A stretch of DNA of 63,466 nt, filler included, from Craspedostauros australis (GCA_030167865.1; 5 parts of 5 records of this genome joined end to end with filler, not necessarily neighbours in it), one strand, 5' to 3'. Positions 1-12,526 are shown, counted from the first letter of the whole stretch. Made by a program: numbers and translations. Notes: generated by a model not told the origin, from the sequence alone.

Positions 1-443
1 GACAGGGCGTCGTGGGTGGAATCTTGGCCTTTGAATATCTCAAGCAGATCGCACAACAAGATGACGATGACGTTTATGACGACGACGACGACGAGGGATG
101 CCTATCGGTGATTCTGTCGTCGACGCCAACGAACGTGCAGAAGATGCGGGAGGAAGTCATTTCATCTGCAGCAGCAACTGCATCTTGGAAGACCAGCGAC
201 GACGTCTCAAGCTACGTCGCAAGCCCACCGTCCGAGTCGGCCAAACGGATGCCCAGCTGCATGATCGTGCGGGGCGAGGATGACATCGTGGCGCAGGGCT
301 CCATCAAGGGATGGAAAGCGCTATTTTGCAAGAGCCGTTCGGTGCGTGAGAAGGTGCTGGTCGGTGATGGCCATCACGGTCTCGTGACGAATCTCTTGGT
401 CTACGGTGATTGCGTCGACACCTTCTTTGGCGAGTATGATTGA
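1..443 (+). CDS. 3' part of an alpha/beta-hydrolase fold protein (proline iminopeptidase-like), truncated at the window start
   Basis: GGILAFEYL follows the expected nucleophile elbow; then LSVILSSTP, IVRGEDD (acid residue) and GDGHHG (His). A canonical G-x-S-x-G is not readable in frame. Confidence 0.5.
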   Translation, partial: QGVVGGILAFEYLKQIAQQDDDDVYDDDDDEGCLSVILSSTPTNVQKMREEVISSAAATASWKTSDDVSSYVASPPSESAKRMPSCMIVRGEDDIVAQGSIKGWKALFCKSRSVREKVLVGDGHHGLVTNLLVYGDCVDTFFGEYD

Positions 444-639
444 TGCAGTGGAGGCACAGATCGCAGCAGCAAGCACTGGTTATCTTGTAATTATCTCTGG
501 GTCAAAGGGATACGAGTCGCACCTTGTCCATTATATCCGTGCTCCGGCGACTGCATCAAGTACAACAACGAACAACCATGTTGAGATAGGATAGGTTGCT
601 CCACCCTAGTACGCACACGCAAGTACTCACGATTCCACA

Positions 640-1704
640 ATGGCCGACACCAGCGCATTGCTCGCGGAGCTGCTGTCCGATCCTGATGATCCCAACTTTT
701 CTGCCACGAAGGCCCTCGTGCGGCATCTGAGGCAGGAGGCTGATCTGTCGCAGCAAAAGGCCGAACGCCTCAACGAGCAGGCACGCATGCTGTCGGTGCA
801 ATTCGGTGTCACGCAGGCCGCGCAGGATCAGTACGGTGAGTCAGACAGGGTTGTGGCAAGCAAAGCGCTGTCTTTGCTACACATTGAAATTAGCGGTTGT
901 CGTCTTGTCTCATTTGTTTGATCTCTCATCGCACCGCAAACTCCTTTGTCACTCATCACCATTTGCAACAATGAAACAACCATGGCCAACGCGTGATGTG
1001 CGATGATATTCACCCCAACATTCCGGACTGCAGCCATCGATCCAACCCAACTGCCACCCCTCGATGAGAATAGCGTTCCCAAATACAAGGGCAAGAAACG
1101 GGGTCGCAAACCCAAGGCCAGGAAACGCAAGATCAATCCCAATCGACGTAAGCGTCAGCAAACGGCATGCACACTGTTCGTGCAGGAGACGTATCCAACA
1201 GTCAAGGCACTGAATCCGGAATTGCCCAGCAATCAGCTGATTCGCATCGTCGATGGACAATGGAAGACGGGAGTGGATGCCGAACAGAAGCAGGCATGGA
1301 AATTGCGCGCCTTGGCCATGCGGACGGACACGACCGCGGAGGAACATGGTGCAGAAGGAATGGCTGCCATTGACATCGAAGTTGACGAGATGGCAGGTGA
1401 TGGCAACGGCAATGGTAACGCAAACGGCAACGACGACGATGAGGAAGAGGAGCCGGAAGACGAAGGCAACGAAGGTGAGGAGATGGCGGATGCACGAATA
1501 GAAGACGGCGCTGATCATTCTCATCATCAGAATCAGGAAAGCGCCGAGGACCATGATGCTGACGATCAGACCAATGACGGAGTATTGGTAGATCAGAATA
1601 TTGGCGATGGTGATGATGATGGTCACGATGCTGACGAAGATGGCGAAGAGCAGGTGGAAGACGACGGCGACGAAAAGTGGATATTAACATCTCCGGCTAT
1701 GTAA
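640..1704 (+). CDS. HMG-box protein with a basic segment and acidic tail; 2 exons (640-835, 1034-1704)
   Basis: Intron 836-1033 (GTGAGT...CTGCAG) joins the two ORFs in frame. KKRGRKPK basic motif, NPNRRKRQQTACTLFVQETYPTVKALNPELP...IVDGQWK HMG-like box, D/E-rich tail. Confidence 0.75.
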
Positions 1705-2479
1705 CCAACTAATGCATCACAACCCAAAGCTACACAATGCTACGCACTCGCTCTCATCATCCTGGGATCTTCCGCCATAGTGTAGAAATGGCATGCATGA
1801 TTGCGGTTACCTTCATGATACGGAGAGAATCAACTGGATAGGTGGTTCTGAGCAGTTTAGCTTTCATGGGGCTTATGCAACGCTCTGACTCTTCTCGTAC
1901 TTGTATGGCGTGCGTTGAATCAGACATACTATTCGTGCAATACAAATGGGATGGATCAGCCCAAATGCGCGTCACTCGCCGACGAAGGCTGCTCGATGAC
2001 GGCTTGTCTCACCTTACCTCATGGAAATATGAATCAGCCAAGGGACATCGACGGCACCACTCGATCACATGCTACGCGTGCTGGAGGTGGCTGATACCCC
2101 ACACTCGACGAACCAATTGCTCTGAGCGCAACGTCGTATCGGCACAGCCTGGATGCAGCTGCAAAATCTTTGCCAGCATTGCGTCGCAACGATCCCATCG
2201 ATGGCGCCGTGATTAATTTGAGGATGGGAGACTTGGTATGATTGCTTTGCGTTGACGGGTTGTCGCGGCATGCTGGAGACGGCTGCCAACAACATGGTGG
2301 TCTGTCACGCAGATGATGATGATGATGAGGATGTTGGCTGGCCGGGAAGGCGGTAAGTCTGTTGGCACTCCCTGCTTGGTCGTTGGTGAGTCTTGATGGG
2401 CGTGCCGGGCGAGCAGATAACTTCGAGCAATCATCTCAGTCGGCTCAGCTCCAAACCAACACCATCATCGACGTCACCA

Positions 2480-4021
2480 TCATGCCGACGAGGACAAGCA
2501 CATCTGCCGCGGACTTGACAGTTGACACAGACGGAACATCTTTTTGAAGATGTTGCCCGTGCCAGCCACATGCGAGAAGCTGTGGTGCTGCCGGAACAGC
2601 TCCACCGTGGAATTTGTGATGGAAATCAACTCCTGCGGGCTGACGAAGGGTCCATGACAGATGTTGGGACGATCAAAGCAGCAGCTGCTCGACATGATAT
2701 CTGGCACGTCATGCACCACACGCTTGCCACCCAAGTCTGCGTCGTTGTACCTCTTCCTGTGCGTCTCCAAAGTCACCTGCGACACATCCGACGCAATCGA
2801 AATGGGTTGGCCACGATGCGGAATGATGACGGACGAAGAGAATCGACCAGTAGGTGCTGGCTGCAGTGCATGCCGCACCAAGTAGTGCACGTCGCGCATG
2901 TGAGGCAGCTCGTCGGCCTCGGTGTAGTAGACGAAATCAAATTCATCCTGGCTGTACACATTCTGCCGCAGCAGCTCCTTTGCCGTGACCGATGTGCCGT
3001 ACGTCAAGCGATCGAACGACCGCAGATCCTTGATGAGCTGCACGTCGTACAGATACCGATTGAGACCGCTGTTTTGCGCGACGTAGGCGTAGCCGGATGG
3101 ATCTCCCACGAATACGACGGCATTTAGGAACACGGCCGTCACCGTCTTGACCGTGATGTTGAGGAACAGCTGGCTGCGTCGCTATTCCGGGCCGTCGAGC
3201 TTGACCGCGTAGTACGCTATGATCGCCAAGATGTGTCCGTTACGTTGCTTCGAGGCGTTGTTGTAGAAGTCGTTGCGCTCGTAGTCACCCTGCATGCCTT
3301 CCAACAGCTGGATCGTATCGCCCAGCAGCTCCGCGCTCCTGCCTGTGATCTTTTCGTAGTACGACAGATGATGCACGAAGAAATCGAACATGTCGACGGC
3401 TTACAGATTCCAGCTTCTCGCGCTCATTGCGAAGTGACCATACTCTAGGTTTATGTTCTCCGCTTCGTGAAGATGCTGCAGGCTGATGTGGCCGTTGCTG
3501 AGCAAGCGGTTGACGGTAACGAGCCACGCGGCCGAATAGCCATCGCTGGGCTGTTCTCGCGTCATGCCAGCAAACCGTTGCGTGCTGTCGTCCGTTGTGG
3601 ATGGCGCAGCAGGAAACGTTCTCATGTCGACGATCCCGTCTTCGTTGTCTTCGTATGACACCCCGCGACCCTGCAGCAGATTATCCCTGCTGCACCCTGC
3701 CATGAACCGCTGCGGTCTGTGGCCTGTCGAGAAGTCGTGGATCGCGTCGAACGGTGGCATCTTCAGCACGCCCGACAGTCCTGACTGAGTGGCTTCTGGC
3801 CATTGGGAGCATGTGGCTGTGGCTGTGGCTGCGTTACCATCCCCCTTGAACGATGTGATGACGACATCAGGGACATCGAAGAGGTTGGATATGAAGCGGA
3901 GCGATGAGATCTGCGCAAGGCTGAGGAAGATGGCGATGGCAAGGACCGTCCGAAGGATCGGACTGACCGACCAAGGGGTCGATGATGCTGATGCTGATAC
4001 GACTACTGGTGACCTCCTCAT
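2480..4021 (-). pseudogene. Type II membrane protein gene interrupted by two in-frame stops
   Basis: ORFs 3401-4045, 3182-3391 and 2480-3142 share one frame, separated only by TAA (3401-3403) and TAG (3182-3184). N-terminal TM segment ILRTVLAIAIFLSLAQI; FDFVYYTEAD motif; likely ATG at 4021. Confidence 0.7.
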
Positions 4022-5152
4022 GTTGGCATCGTCGTATCCGCGCACGCTCTTTCAGCAGTCCAGAGAGGTCTAATCACAGGCTTGTGACTGCATGTCTGTT
4101 CCGATGTGTTGCCTTGTTTGGCGCCAATTTTCGGAGACTCATTTTGTTGACTTTCGTTTGGTTTCTTTGTCGATGAGACGGCTGAAGGTGAGCCTGGTCG
4201 TTGTCGGGGTGAGATACACAGCAAATCAAATAGAATATAATATATCATACCACTTTCTTCGGAAATCGTTCTCATCGTCACCGACATCGTCGCAGAGCAC
4301 ATGTTGGAAGGGTCATCGACGCAACGCTGAAAAGGAGACTTTGGGGATCGCTGGTGGACACGATTCGAGTGTCCAGAAGAGAAGTGTGTACTCGCATGGT
4401 TGGCATTGCCCTCCGACCTCCCTCTTCCGCTACCCGTACTGGACCCATCGCCTTCTGAGGGTGCGACCTAGCATGCGATCATAGGAGGGGATGTGTCTGT
4501 CTTGCCTTCTGTTTCTCTGTTTGCATTGACGACTCATGCCTCGATGTATTGTTGGTAGTCCGCACCCCACCCATCGCCTTCCAAGGGTGCGGCCTCGCAT
4601 GCGAACAAAGAAGCGGGCGGGGATTGCCGCTTTGGCTATTCGGTCCGTGTCCCATGATAAAGAACATCTGCGAAAATAGAAGGATGAGTGTCAGAGTGTG
4701 TGGTACAAGTACAAACATTCGGAGGTTTTGATTTCTCCGAGTACAGCGCCTGCGATGGAGGATGATACAGCATCAATGCGTACGAAACGGTACGAAAGAG
4801 CGCGATGATTGGGAGACGATACAGATGTGTGTGTGTGTGCGTGTGCGCATGTGTGTGGCGCGCGAGAGACGAGATTATCATGGTTTCTCTGTTTGTCTCT
4901 GCAGACGCTGTGAACATGGGGATTTGGTGCTGCTCCGTCTGTCATCCGACCGTACACCAACACCGGCCACCACCACCAATGGTTGACACCTCAGCTGCCC
5001 ACTATCACCGCCACGGATGCAAATGACAAACGTGGTGCAAATGCCACCACGACCTCACTGACGAGTGCGATCAAGGGACTGTTGCTGCAGAGAAGCGAAG
5101 TTGCTCTCTCTGCCTCTCCCAACATTGATCTTGTCGACATGCCTGAAATCGT

Positions 5153-5506
5153 TTGGAGCATCTTATTTCCTCGCCCTCACAATCCATCAACACCGTAATC
5201 CACAAACCACCACCACACACAATCTCGAGAGAGAGCCAAGTTGCGCAGGTGCCATTCACATCTTCGTCACTGGCGCGACCGACACAAAACCCACCAACAC
5301 AGCCGCAGCCGCAGCCGCAGCCACATTCATACCCAACAATGGATGACGAGACAACATGTGATTCGTCTGCTACACTGCCGCCACCAATCCCTGCTGTTCC
5401 CTCTGCGCCAGTAGCGTCTGAAGCAGGATGGACCTGGAAAGGTGTTGGGACTGTGGTGTTACTCGTCGTCGGTGTAGCCGGTGCCATTGCAGCAAGAGTA
5501 GTGTTC
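5153..5506 (+). CDS. Possible partial membrane protein running into the scaffold end
   Basis: P/Q-rich ORF ending in hydrophobic GVGTVVLLVVGVAGAIAARVVF at the gap; no recognisable domain. Confidence 0.3.
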
Positions 5507-5606
5507 NNNNNNNNNNNNNNNNNNNNNNNNNNNNNNNNNNNNNNNNNNNNTTAATTAATTAANNNNNNNNNNNNNNNNNNNNNNNNNNNNNNNNNNNNNN
5601 NNNNNN
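5507..5606. other. Artificial scaffold spacer
   Basis: 44 N + TTAATTAATTAA (5551-5562, stops in all six frames) + 44 N. Confidence 0.97.
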
Positions 5607-7783
5607 CAAGATTCGCACGTGTCACACCCAAGATCCAAGTCTGTCCTGATTGGGCAGATTGGCTCATCTTGGCAAGAAATCAATTTCCACGACATTTTTG
5701 GATCTGTGATTGAGGGAAAANNNNNNNNNNNNNNNNNNNNNNNNNNNNNNNNNNNNNNNNNNNNNNNTCGACCAAAATTTCCGTTCGGAACGGAAAAGGT
5801 AAGAAAAGTGAAGATTTCTGATTGGTCGACGGGTGTCGCTATTGTTAGAGATTTAGCGTGCGCTAATATGCTTTGTTGTCGCGGCTGAACATGTTGCTGG
5901 GCAACACATCAGAAAGACAAATACGAGTATGCCACGCGCACTGGCAAAGCTACTGTTCCACTTATCACACCACGACCTTGCCTACCTTTTTGTCTGAGAA
6001 TGGTATTATATGTTGTGAGGTGACTTGCTGTGGATTTGATTGTTGTTGGTCTGTTGGAGACTTGCTGGATTTCACTTTATGAGCTTCCAAGGTTGCCTCG
6101 GATATCTGGAACTTGGGCAATTGCTGTCGATGAATTTGGCGTGAGTTCAAGTGTGTACCCCACATGTGCGCAGGCATGATGGAGTGTGGTTTTGAAAAGT
6201 GGAGGAGGAAACCTCATGGATTTGAGTGGAGGAGAGTACTCTTTGCTACGCAGGCATGCCATGCGTTGGAGCAGGTCTGGCAAGACTTTGGAGATGATTT
6301 CCACCTTGTTTGCATTCTTCGGCGGCTTTGCGTGTGTGAACTGTCCTTGCTCCGGCATTACCGCAACTCATCCGAACAGTGGTAGAGACCATCTCTGGAG
6401 GGAAGACCAGAAGAGAGTAACACTGGAACGTTCATGTGTAGTTCGTCACCAACACCAGAGGGGTGCCGCAAGACGACTTCCGTAGCCTGCGATGATTCGC
6501 GAAGAAGAACATTGACATGCAGTGCTGTCACAGAACTGGACAGGAATGGCCACCGACCAACAAACACCAACGAATTGTGCCACCATAGCTTTCCCCTTTT
6601 TCCTTCCACACACGCAGCTCCGTGTTTGAAAACTTGAGGTGACCACTCTACTTCATCTGAATGCGTACTTACTCGTCTGCACAAATGTTCGGTTCCAGTA
6701 TTGTCTGAGGTGCGAACTAACAATCACACACGAACCACGCAGACAAACAAGGAAAGCTACACAAAGCGAGAACGGTGAGAAAAGTCCAACGAAGACCACG
6801 GCATGAAGCTGCTTTTCGCTCAGAATCAGACATGATCTTCCTTCCAACTCGCAAAGATATCAGCATCTGCCCTGGTGGCACCAATTTACGCAGCACGGTT
6901 TGCTGTGACCTGTTTTCACAAAGGTGGCTTCATGTGATCGTGAAATGTAGTGTAAGACGATCTTGCGAATGAATTTCAACCTGCATGCAGGCATGGTTGC
7001 TAACCTCCTGTTTGCTGCACACAGCGGATACAGAAACTCGAGCAGTCGACACCCGAGAACCGGCAATGAAGCAACGGCTCTCACGGTATTGGGAACACGA
7101 TGTGTGGTGCTGTGTATGTCCAAGACACTCGACCGAACTGTTGGACACTTGCGCTTCTCCTCCTACTTCCCCTTCTCTTCCCATGACACTTTGATGCCTG
7201 CCTTGTGCCGGTGGATGTTGGTGTCATGATGCAGCGTCACGATGGAATGTGGTGCCAAGAGTTGTCTTTGCCCATGAATTGGCAGTCCTCAAATCGCGAG
7301 CATGGCACACTGTACAGCGACAGAGCCAGCGAGCAAGGTTATTGCCACATCACTATGAGCACAATGGCCTCCCCGCGTCACCCCGGATCGATCTTCGGTA
7401 GAAACTGCACAGAACATGGATGAGGTCCAGTGAGCAGAGAAGTTTTCCGTCCAGAGATGACAGTGGCAGAACTTCAACAGAGTTCACTTGGCTTTTCCTG
7501 TCTGGCGCGGACTTGCGAAGATACTTGTATGCGGCATGTCTATGCACTCTTCCACCCCTTCTGTTCAAGTCAACTTTTTGCTTCTCGGGAGAGTACAATC
7601 AGGATCCACTACCGTGACACACCAAAGATGAACCCCTTATTTTGGGGGTGCATTCTCCAAGGTCATTTGGAACACTTCTGCAAGTCGTGGATGGATGACA
7701 TTACATCGGCCACAAGCACAACAACCGCATTCGACAAACCCACATCAACACAACCAAAGAGGAGGGCGCGAGAATACCTACCG

Positions 7784-7828
7784 TACCATACCATACCATA
7801 CCATACCATACCATACCATACCATACCA
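7784..7828. repeat. (TACCA)9 microsatellite
   Basis: Perfect pentanucleotide tandem read directly. Confidence 0.95.
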
Positions 7829-8005
7829 AGCTGATCTTCCACAACGGCACGCTCGGACCACACGGTGACTTAACTGCTCCAAAGATTGAAGCGCAATAGC
7901 ATCTGCATCTGGAGAGGCCGGGCAGATTGGATTCTCACGGGGCAGCTCGGCCGTCGTGACTATCCAGCAGCATCGACGCAGGATGAGAGCACGTCGATAC
8001 TGTAG

Positions 8006-10360
8006 ATGCCAGTCGTACTCGCAAGACATGCGATGAGGGCCTCCTATACCAAACCCACAGACCAGCAGCGTGTGAATGCCAACACGAATGCGACTGGATT
8101 CATGTCGCTGGCGTGCTCTACCAAGAGGAAGATGAAGATCATCCTTGGCATCGCCTTCGGTCTTTGGTCCGCCAGTCTGTATTCGATCGCAGTGTTGCAA
8201 CATGCGCACGGCGCGACGAGCGGCAGCGCTGTTCTCCTGGGTGACGGCAGAGAGTTCGTTGCATCGGCACGCTACGTTGATTTCGATAGCGATCGTGCAG
8301 CGATTCCATTGCAGACCGATGCAGCAATCTCCCGACGCTGTAGCACCTCCATGTGTTGCCACTATGAACAGCACGCGGTGGGCCTTCTTGAAGGGCGCAA
8401 TGCAGAAGACGCGGAGACGAGCAAAAATGGTGGGAATGTCCACCGCGCGAACTACGGCCGGTTGCCATCCAAGCAGTACCTTTGGCAACACGCCAAACAG
8501 ACGCTGATCCGATCGTTCCGTCAGTCCGATCTGTCCGGGATACCCGCAGCCGATGCACAGCAGCAGCGGTATGATGATTGGTTGGAGCAGATCTTCCACC
8601 TGCTTTCACCGCACCAGCTGAATCGTTCACGGAAGACTCCGCCAGACCCTGCCGTGATCCGTGAGATCCATTCCATTTTGCAACAGCAGTGGGAGCATCA
8701 GCAGAAAAGTTTGCGACGGACGAACGATGCGCGACCATCTCGACCGCTCCGTATTGCCGTGTTCGGCGGCTCTGTCACTGCGGGTCATGACTGGGAGAAG
8801 AGCATACCGATCGATGTGAGGATTGCCAAGGACAATGTTTCGCCGACGCAGCAGCATGCCTGGCCGGTGAGGTTGGAATCCATCATCAACGCGGCGCTTG
8901 GCTTTGAGGCTGTTTCGGTCTTGAACATCGCAGTCTCGGCAACGACATCGGATGTCGGCAGCCTCATCTTGGAGTATGGCCTGTTCCCGCCGGACTACCC
9001 ACCCGACGGTCCCGATATCATCATCAGTGCATTTGCCACCAACGACGTGCGATCCGGCAAGACGTCGCGGGGATCCAGGCACATGGCGCAGATGCAGGAC
9101 TTCATCCGCAAGGCGCAAGAGCTGCGGTGCGGGCCGTTGCCCATGGTCGTAATGTTGAATGACATCGGTGTTTGGCCAGGTCCGTTGGACGGGCCCATGC
9201 GGTACGATTCGCAGCAAGGACTCGTGGCATCATGGAATCATGTCATGGGAATCAGCTACGGCGACGTGATTCGCGACATCGTCCTCGCCAATCCCCACTC
9301 GACCGACTTCAACAACGAATGGATGCCGGATCCCAAGGCGAAGCGCAGATCGACAGTCAACGGCTGGTCGTCGCAGTCCAAGGTGCATCCCGGATTGGGA
9401 TACCACGTCGCGTTGGCTTGGGTGGTGGCATACAACTTCTTCGTTGAAGCATACGATCACTGTCAACAGGAACTGGATGGCATGGGCATGGACATGGGCA
9501 TGGACATGGATGCCGACATTGCTCGTGCCGGTGGCAACGACGATGTGGGCGATGGTAGAAACAGAAGGTCGACATTCGATTTGATCCGTCAAAACGAAAA
9601 GCTTGCCATATCGTCGTCATCTTCGAACTTGAAGGCACCACCCGATGGGCCTTTGCCACCGCTCTCGAGCTTGGATATGGACACGAGGACCGTACTCGAT
9701 GGATGGGAACGATCCGCCCAAGAGTGGCAGGACGAATGCAAGCATCGAAAGGACGGACAAGCGCGCAAGGTCTGCAGCTTCGCCTGGGTGTCGAACCGAC
9801 TGACGCAGATGGGGACAGTCCAGCAGGTGGAGGACCTCATCTTTCCACTGATCACATCGAACGACGGTTGGATTGTGGATGGTGTGGGGAATTCCGGAGA
9901 TTGGTTGGACAAGGTCGGTTTGGAGGCGACGAAGGCCAACGCACGTTTCGTCCTGCAACACACGAATGGGATGGGCATTCCCCATGTTGTCAAAGCCGCG
10001 GGAGGATCCAAAATTGATGCCAGGCACGGCGACCATGTGGACGACGGCAGCGAAAGCGCTGCGGAAGTACGTCACATGGTGATAATCGCATTGCACAGCT
10101 ACGGATCCAAATGGGAGGGATCCAAGCTGGAAGTGAAGGTGCGAAACAAGAACAAGGATGCGAATACCGCAAGTGCAAACAAGGAGATGGCGTTTCATCT
10201 CGAAGGCCATCACAGATCTCGAACCTCAATACTGGTGCCATACAAGTTTGATCTCGCAGGAGCCGCCAGGTTGAAGCCTGGTGAAACATTGGAGGCCGAC
10301 TTCGAGCTGGTTGGAGGATCGGCGTTCAAGATTCTGGGTTTGGCTTTTTGCTCGCGATAG
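8006..10360 (+). CDS. SGNH/GDSL-like hydrolase domain protein with N-terminal membrane anchor
   Basis: 784-aa ORF. TM IILGIAFGLWSASLYSIAVL; block I RIAVFGGSVTAG; block III DIIISAFATND; distal HPG. Confidence 0.75.
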   Translation: MPVVLARHAMRASYTKPTDQQRVNANTNATGFMSLACSTKRKMKIILGIAFGLWSASLYSIAVLQHAHGATSGSAVLLGDGREFVASARYVDFDSDRAAIPLQTDAAISRRCSTSMCCHYEQHAVGLLEGRNAEDAETSKNGGNVHRANYGRLPSKQYLWQHAKQTLIRSFRQSDLSGIPAADAQQQRYDDWLEQIFHLLSPHQLNRSRKTPPDPAVIREIHSILQQQWEHQQKSLRRTNDARPSRPLRIAVFGGSVTAGHDWEKSIPIDVRIAKDNVSPTQQHAWPVRLESIINAALGFEAVSVLNIAVSATTSDVGSLILEYGLFPPDYPPDGPDIIISAFATNDVRSGKTSRGSRHMAQMQDFIRKAQELRCGPLPMVVMLNDIGVWPGPLDGPMRYDSQQGLVASWNHVMGISYGDVIRDIVLANPHSTDFNNEWMPDPKAKRRSTVNGWSSQSKVHPGLGYHVALAWVVAYNFFVEAYDHCQQELDGMGMDMGMDMDADIARAGGNDDVGDGRNRRSTFDLIRQNEKLAISSSSSNLKAPPDGPLPPLSSLDMDTRTVLDGWERSAQEWQDECKHRKDGQARKVCSFAWVSNRLTQMGTVQQVEDLIFPLITSNDGWIVDGVGNSGDWLDKVGLEATKANARFVLQHTNGMGIPHVVKAAGGSKIDARHGDHVDDGSESAAEVRHMVIIALHSYGSKWEGSKLEVKVRNKNKDANTASANKEMAFHLEGHHRSRTSILVPYKFDLAGAARLKPGETLEADFELVGGSAFKILGLAFCSR

Positions 10361-10804
10361 AGACTCGTGATTGGAAATGGTGCCTTGAGTCGTGTGTGAG
10401 TTTTTGAATTTCGACAACACATCAGTTGGATTTGTGAGAGTTCGCGTTGTTGGTATTGTTGGTGTTGTTGGTGATGTGAAGATCTCCATTGTCCAATGTC
10501 CACCGCATGCGATCCCTCGCCACACCTTGGAGTCATCCACCCGGACGATCTATTATACTCGTAGATCGTACATTAGCTCGTAATTGCATCCATACTATTA
10601 GTGCAAGCAGAGGACAATACCTCGACATCATCTCGATCATCGCCGTGCGAGGGTTCCATTCGGAAGGAACGGCGCGAGGCAGCGAAGCGGGTGATTCCAT
10701 GGAGCGTTGATAGGTTCCACCCGCATCGTATTATACCTACGTGCCATACGACTACTTGTTCGAGTACAACATAGCACGAACAGAGCAGGTTGAACAGATA
10801 GGCG

Positions 10805-12526
10805 ATGCGATTCGTGCCGCAGACAGCGTGCATCCTCATCCATCGATTGGGACAGCCTGGTTGTGGTCACTTGAGTGGGCATCTGTTCCACACATCAGGA
10901 GCAGCACAGCTGAGGAGAGGAACAGTTGGTTCGTTGCTGTCGTCATCGGCTGCAGCAAGCCGGTTCCTTCCTCTCACTTCTGGCGTAATGTTCTCCAACC
11001 TCCCCTCACAATCGCAGCGTCACGATGATCTGCGCCGAATGATCTCGACGCAACTGTCGGCGCAGTCCATGCCATTGTCATTGCCAATGTCGTCGCCGAG
11101 AACAACATCGCTTTCAATGTCGATCGCAAAGGACGATGCCAACCATTTGGAGTCCACTGACAAGAATGGATCGGGACAGAAACACCACATCCATGTGATC
11201 ATCCTGGTGCATGGTTGGCTTGGGAATGACAAGGAGATGGGGTACATCGAGGAGTCTTTGAAGGGGCTCGTTCCATCGATCCAACAAGATGTCACCAATC
11301 TAAATACCAAGACCAAAGCAACAGCGCAGCATCGATTTGTGATCCACAGCGCCAAATGCAACGTCGGCTGCACCACCGACGGCATCGAAGCTGGGGGGTT
11401 GAGGTTGGCGAAGGAAATCGATGATGTTGTGTCCGAAATCGTTGCGCATGAACAGCAACAGCGGCAACAACAAAATGACCAAGGGAATGGCTGCGTCCCC
11501 TCCATTTCCGTATCGTTGATCGGTAACTCATTGGGTGGCCTATACGCACGATACGCCGTGGGACATGCCGTCTGTTTGGTATCATCGCACGAGAACGAGT
11601 CCAGTCACAACACCGCCCACGCAGCCAACGTCACACCCGCCATCTTCTGCACGACCGCCACACCTCATTTGGGCGTCAGCCGCAACACATGGATCCCGAT
11701 TCCTCGCATGCTGGAGACGTTCATCGGCACCATGCTGCAACGCACAGGCCGCGATCTGTTCTGCCTCAGCGACGTCGTGCAGGATCTGTGCACGCAATCC
11801 CAATACACGCGCCCGCTGCGCCAATTCCGACATCGCATCGCGCACGCCAATGCGTTCCACACCGACTTTCAAGTTCCCACACCGACGGCGGCATTCTTGA
11901 CGCGCGATGGCATGTCGTTGCAGCGGCGTGTAGATCCAGCTCGGGATATGCCACCGGAACACGTTGTGACTGTGACGACGGGGCATGACGCGGAGGGTGG
12001 CAAGCAATCCAACGATGCGATGGCGCATTGGGCACGCGCTTTGGATGATCTGGGTTGGCAGAAAGGTGCGTGGCGAAAGAGCTGTGGACTCGCATGCGGA
12101 CTCTGTTGTCTGTGCACTCGTCGGGTGTCTGTACATGCACCAAACGCGCTGCGCTGCGATGTGTATGGATTGCTTTGTTTTCACATGATGCTCAATCTGC
12201 TCTCACCAACTTTCTCCATCGCATGGACTGCATATCCACGTCCAATCTCAGTGTTCTGGGACGTACGACCACATCTGCCGTTCGGAGGAGATCGACGCGA
12301 CAGCCTTCTGCAATCATCATCCCCACAGGAGATGACGTCAAGCCAGTTGCTGGAGATGGTCACGGAATCATCGATGCTGCCGACGCTGCCGTTCGGACAT
12401 ACCGTCCTGGTCGCCAACTCGAAGAATGAATGGTATCGCGAATGGAATCGTGGCGGGCGACCGATCATGGATCATGTTGCACAGACCATGATGCGTGAAT
12501 TGTTGTCCACGTCCAATGAAAACTGA
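10805..12526 (+). CDS. DUF676-type putative serine esterase/lipase; probable intron 12066-12251
   Basis: ILVHGWLG, TTDGIEAGGLRLA, LIGNSLGGLYARYA (nucleophile elbow), ATPHLG, distal GH. Splicing GTGCGT...CTCAG gives GWQKVFWDVR. Start codon uncertain. Confidence 0.85.
   Translation: MRFVPQTACILIHRLGQPGCGHLSGHLFHTSGAAQLRRGTVGSLLSSSAAASRFLPLTSGVMFSNLPSQSQRHDDLRRMISTQLSAQSMPLSLPMSSPRTTSLSMSIAKDDANHLESTDKNGSGQKHHIHVIILVHGWLGNDKEMGYIEESLKGLVPSIQQDVTNLNTKTKATAQHRFVIHSAKCNVGCTTDGIEAGGLRLAKEIDDVVSEIVAHEQQQRQQQNDQGNGCVPSISVSLIGNSLGGLYARYAVGHAVCLVSSHENESSHNTAHAANVTPAIFCTTATPHLGVSRNTWIPIPRMLETFIGTMLQRTGRDLFCLSDVVQDLCTQSQYTRPLRQFRHRIAHANAFHTDFQVPTPTAAFLTRDGMSLQRRVDPARDMPPEHVVTVTTGHDAEGGKQSNDAMAHWARALDDLGWQKGAWRKSCGLACGLCCLCTRRVSVHAPNALRCDVYGLLCFHMMLNLLSPTFSIAWTAYPRPISVFWDVRPHLPFGGDRRDSLLQSSSPQEMTSSQLLEMVTESSMLPTLPFGHTVLVANSKNEWYREWNRGGRPIMDHVAQTMMRELLSTSNEN

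Noticed and set aside
3182..3403. Genetic code reassignment of TAA/TAG to Gln
   Set aside because: Conserved genes in the window (RPL7A, SF3B4, RPB3) end in TAA and others end in TAG, with no internal stops.
7784..7828. (TACCA)n as a telomeric repeat
   Set aside because: Short, internal and not the TTAGGG type; an ordinary microsatellite.
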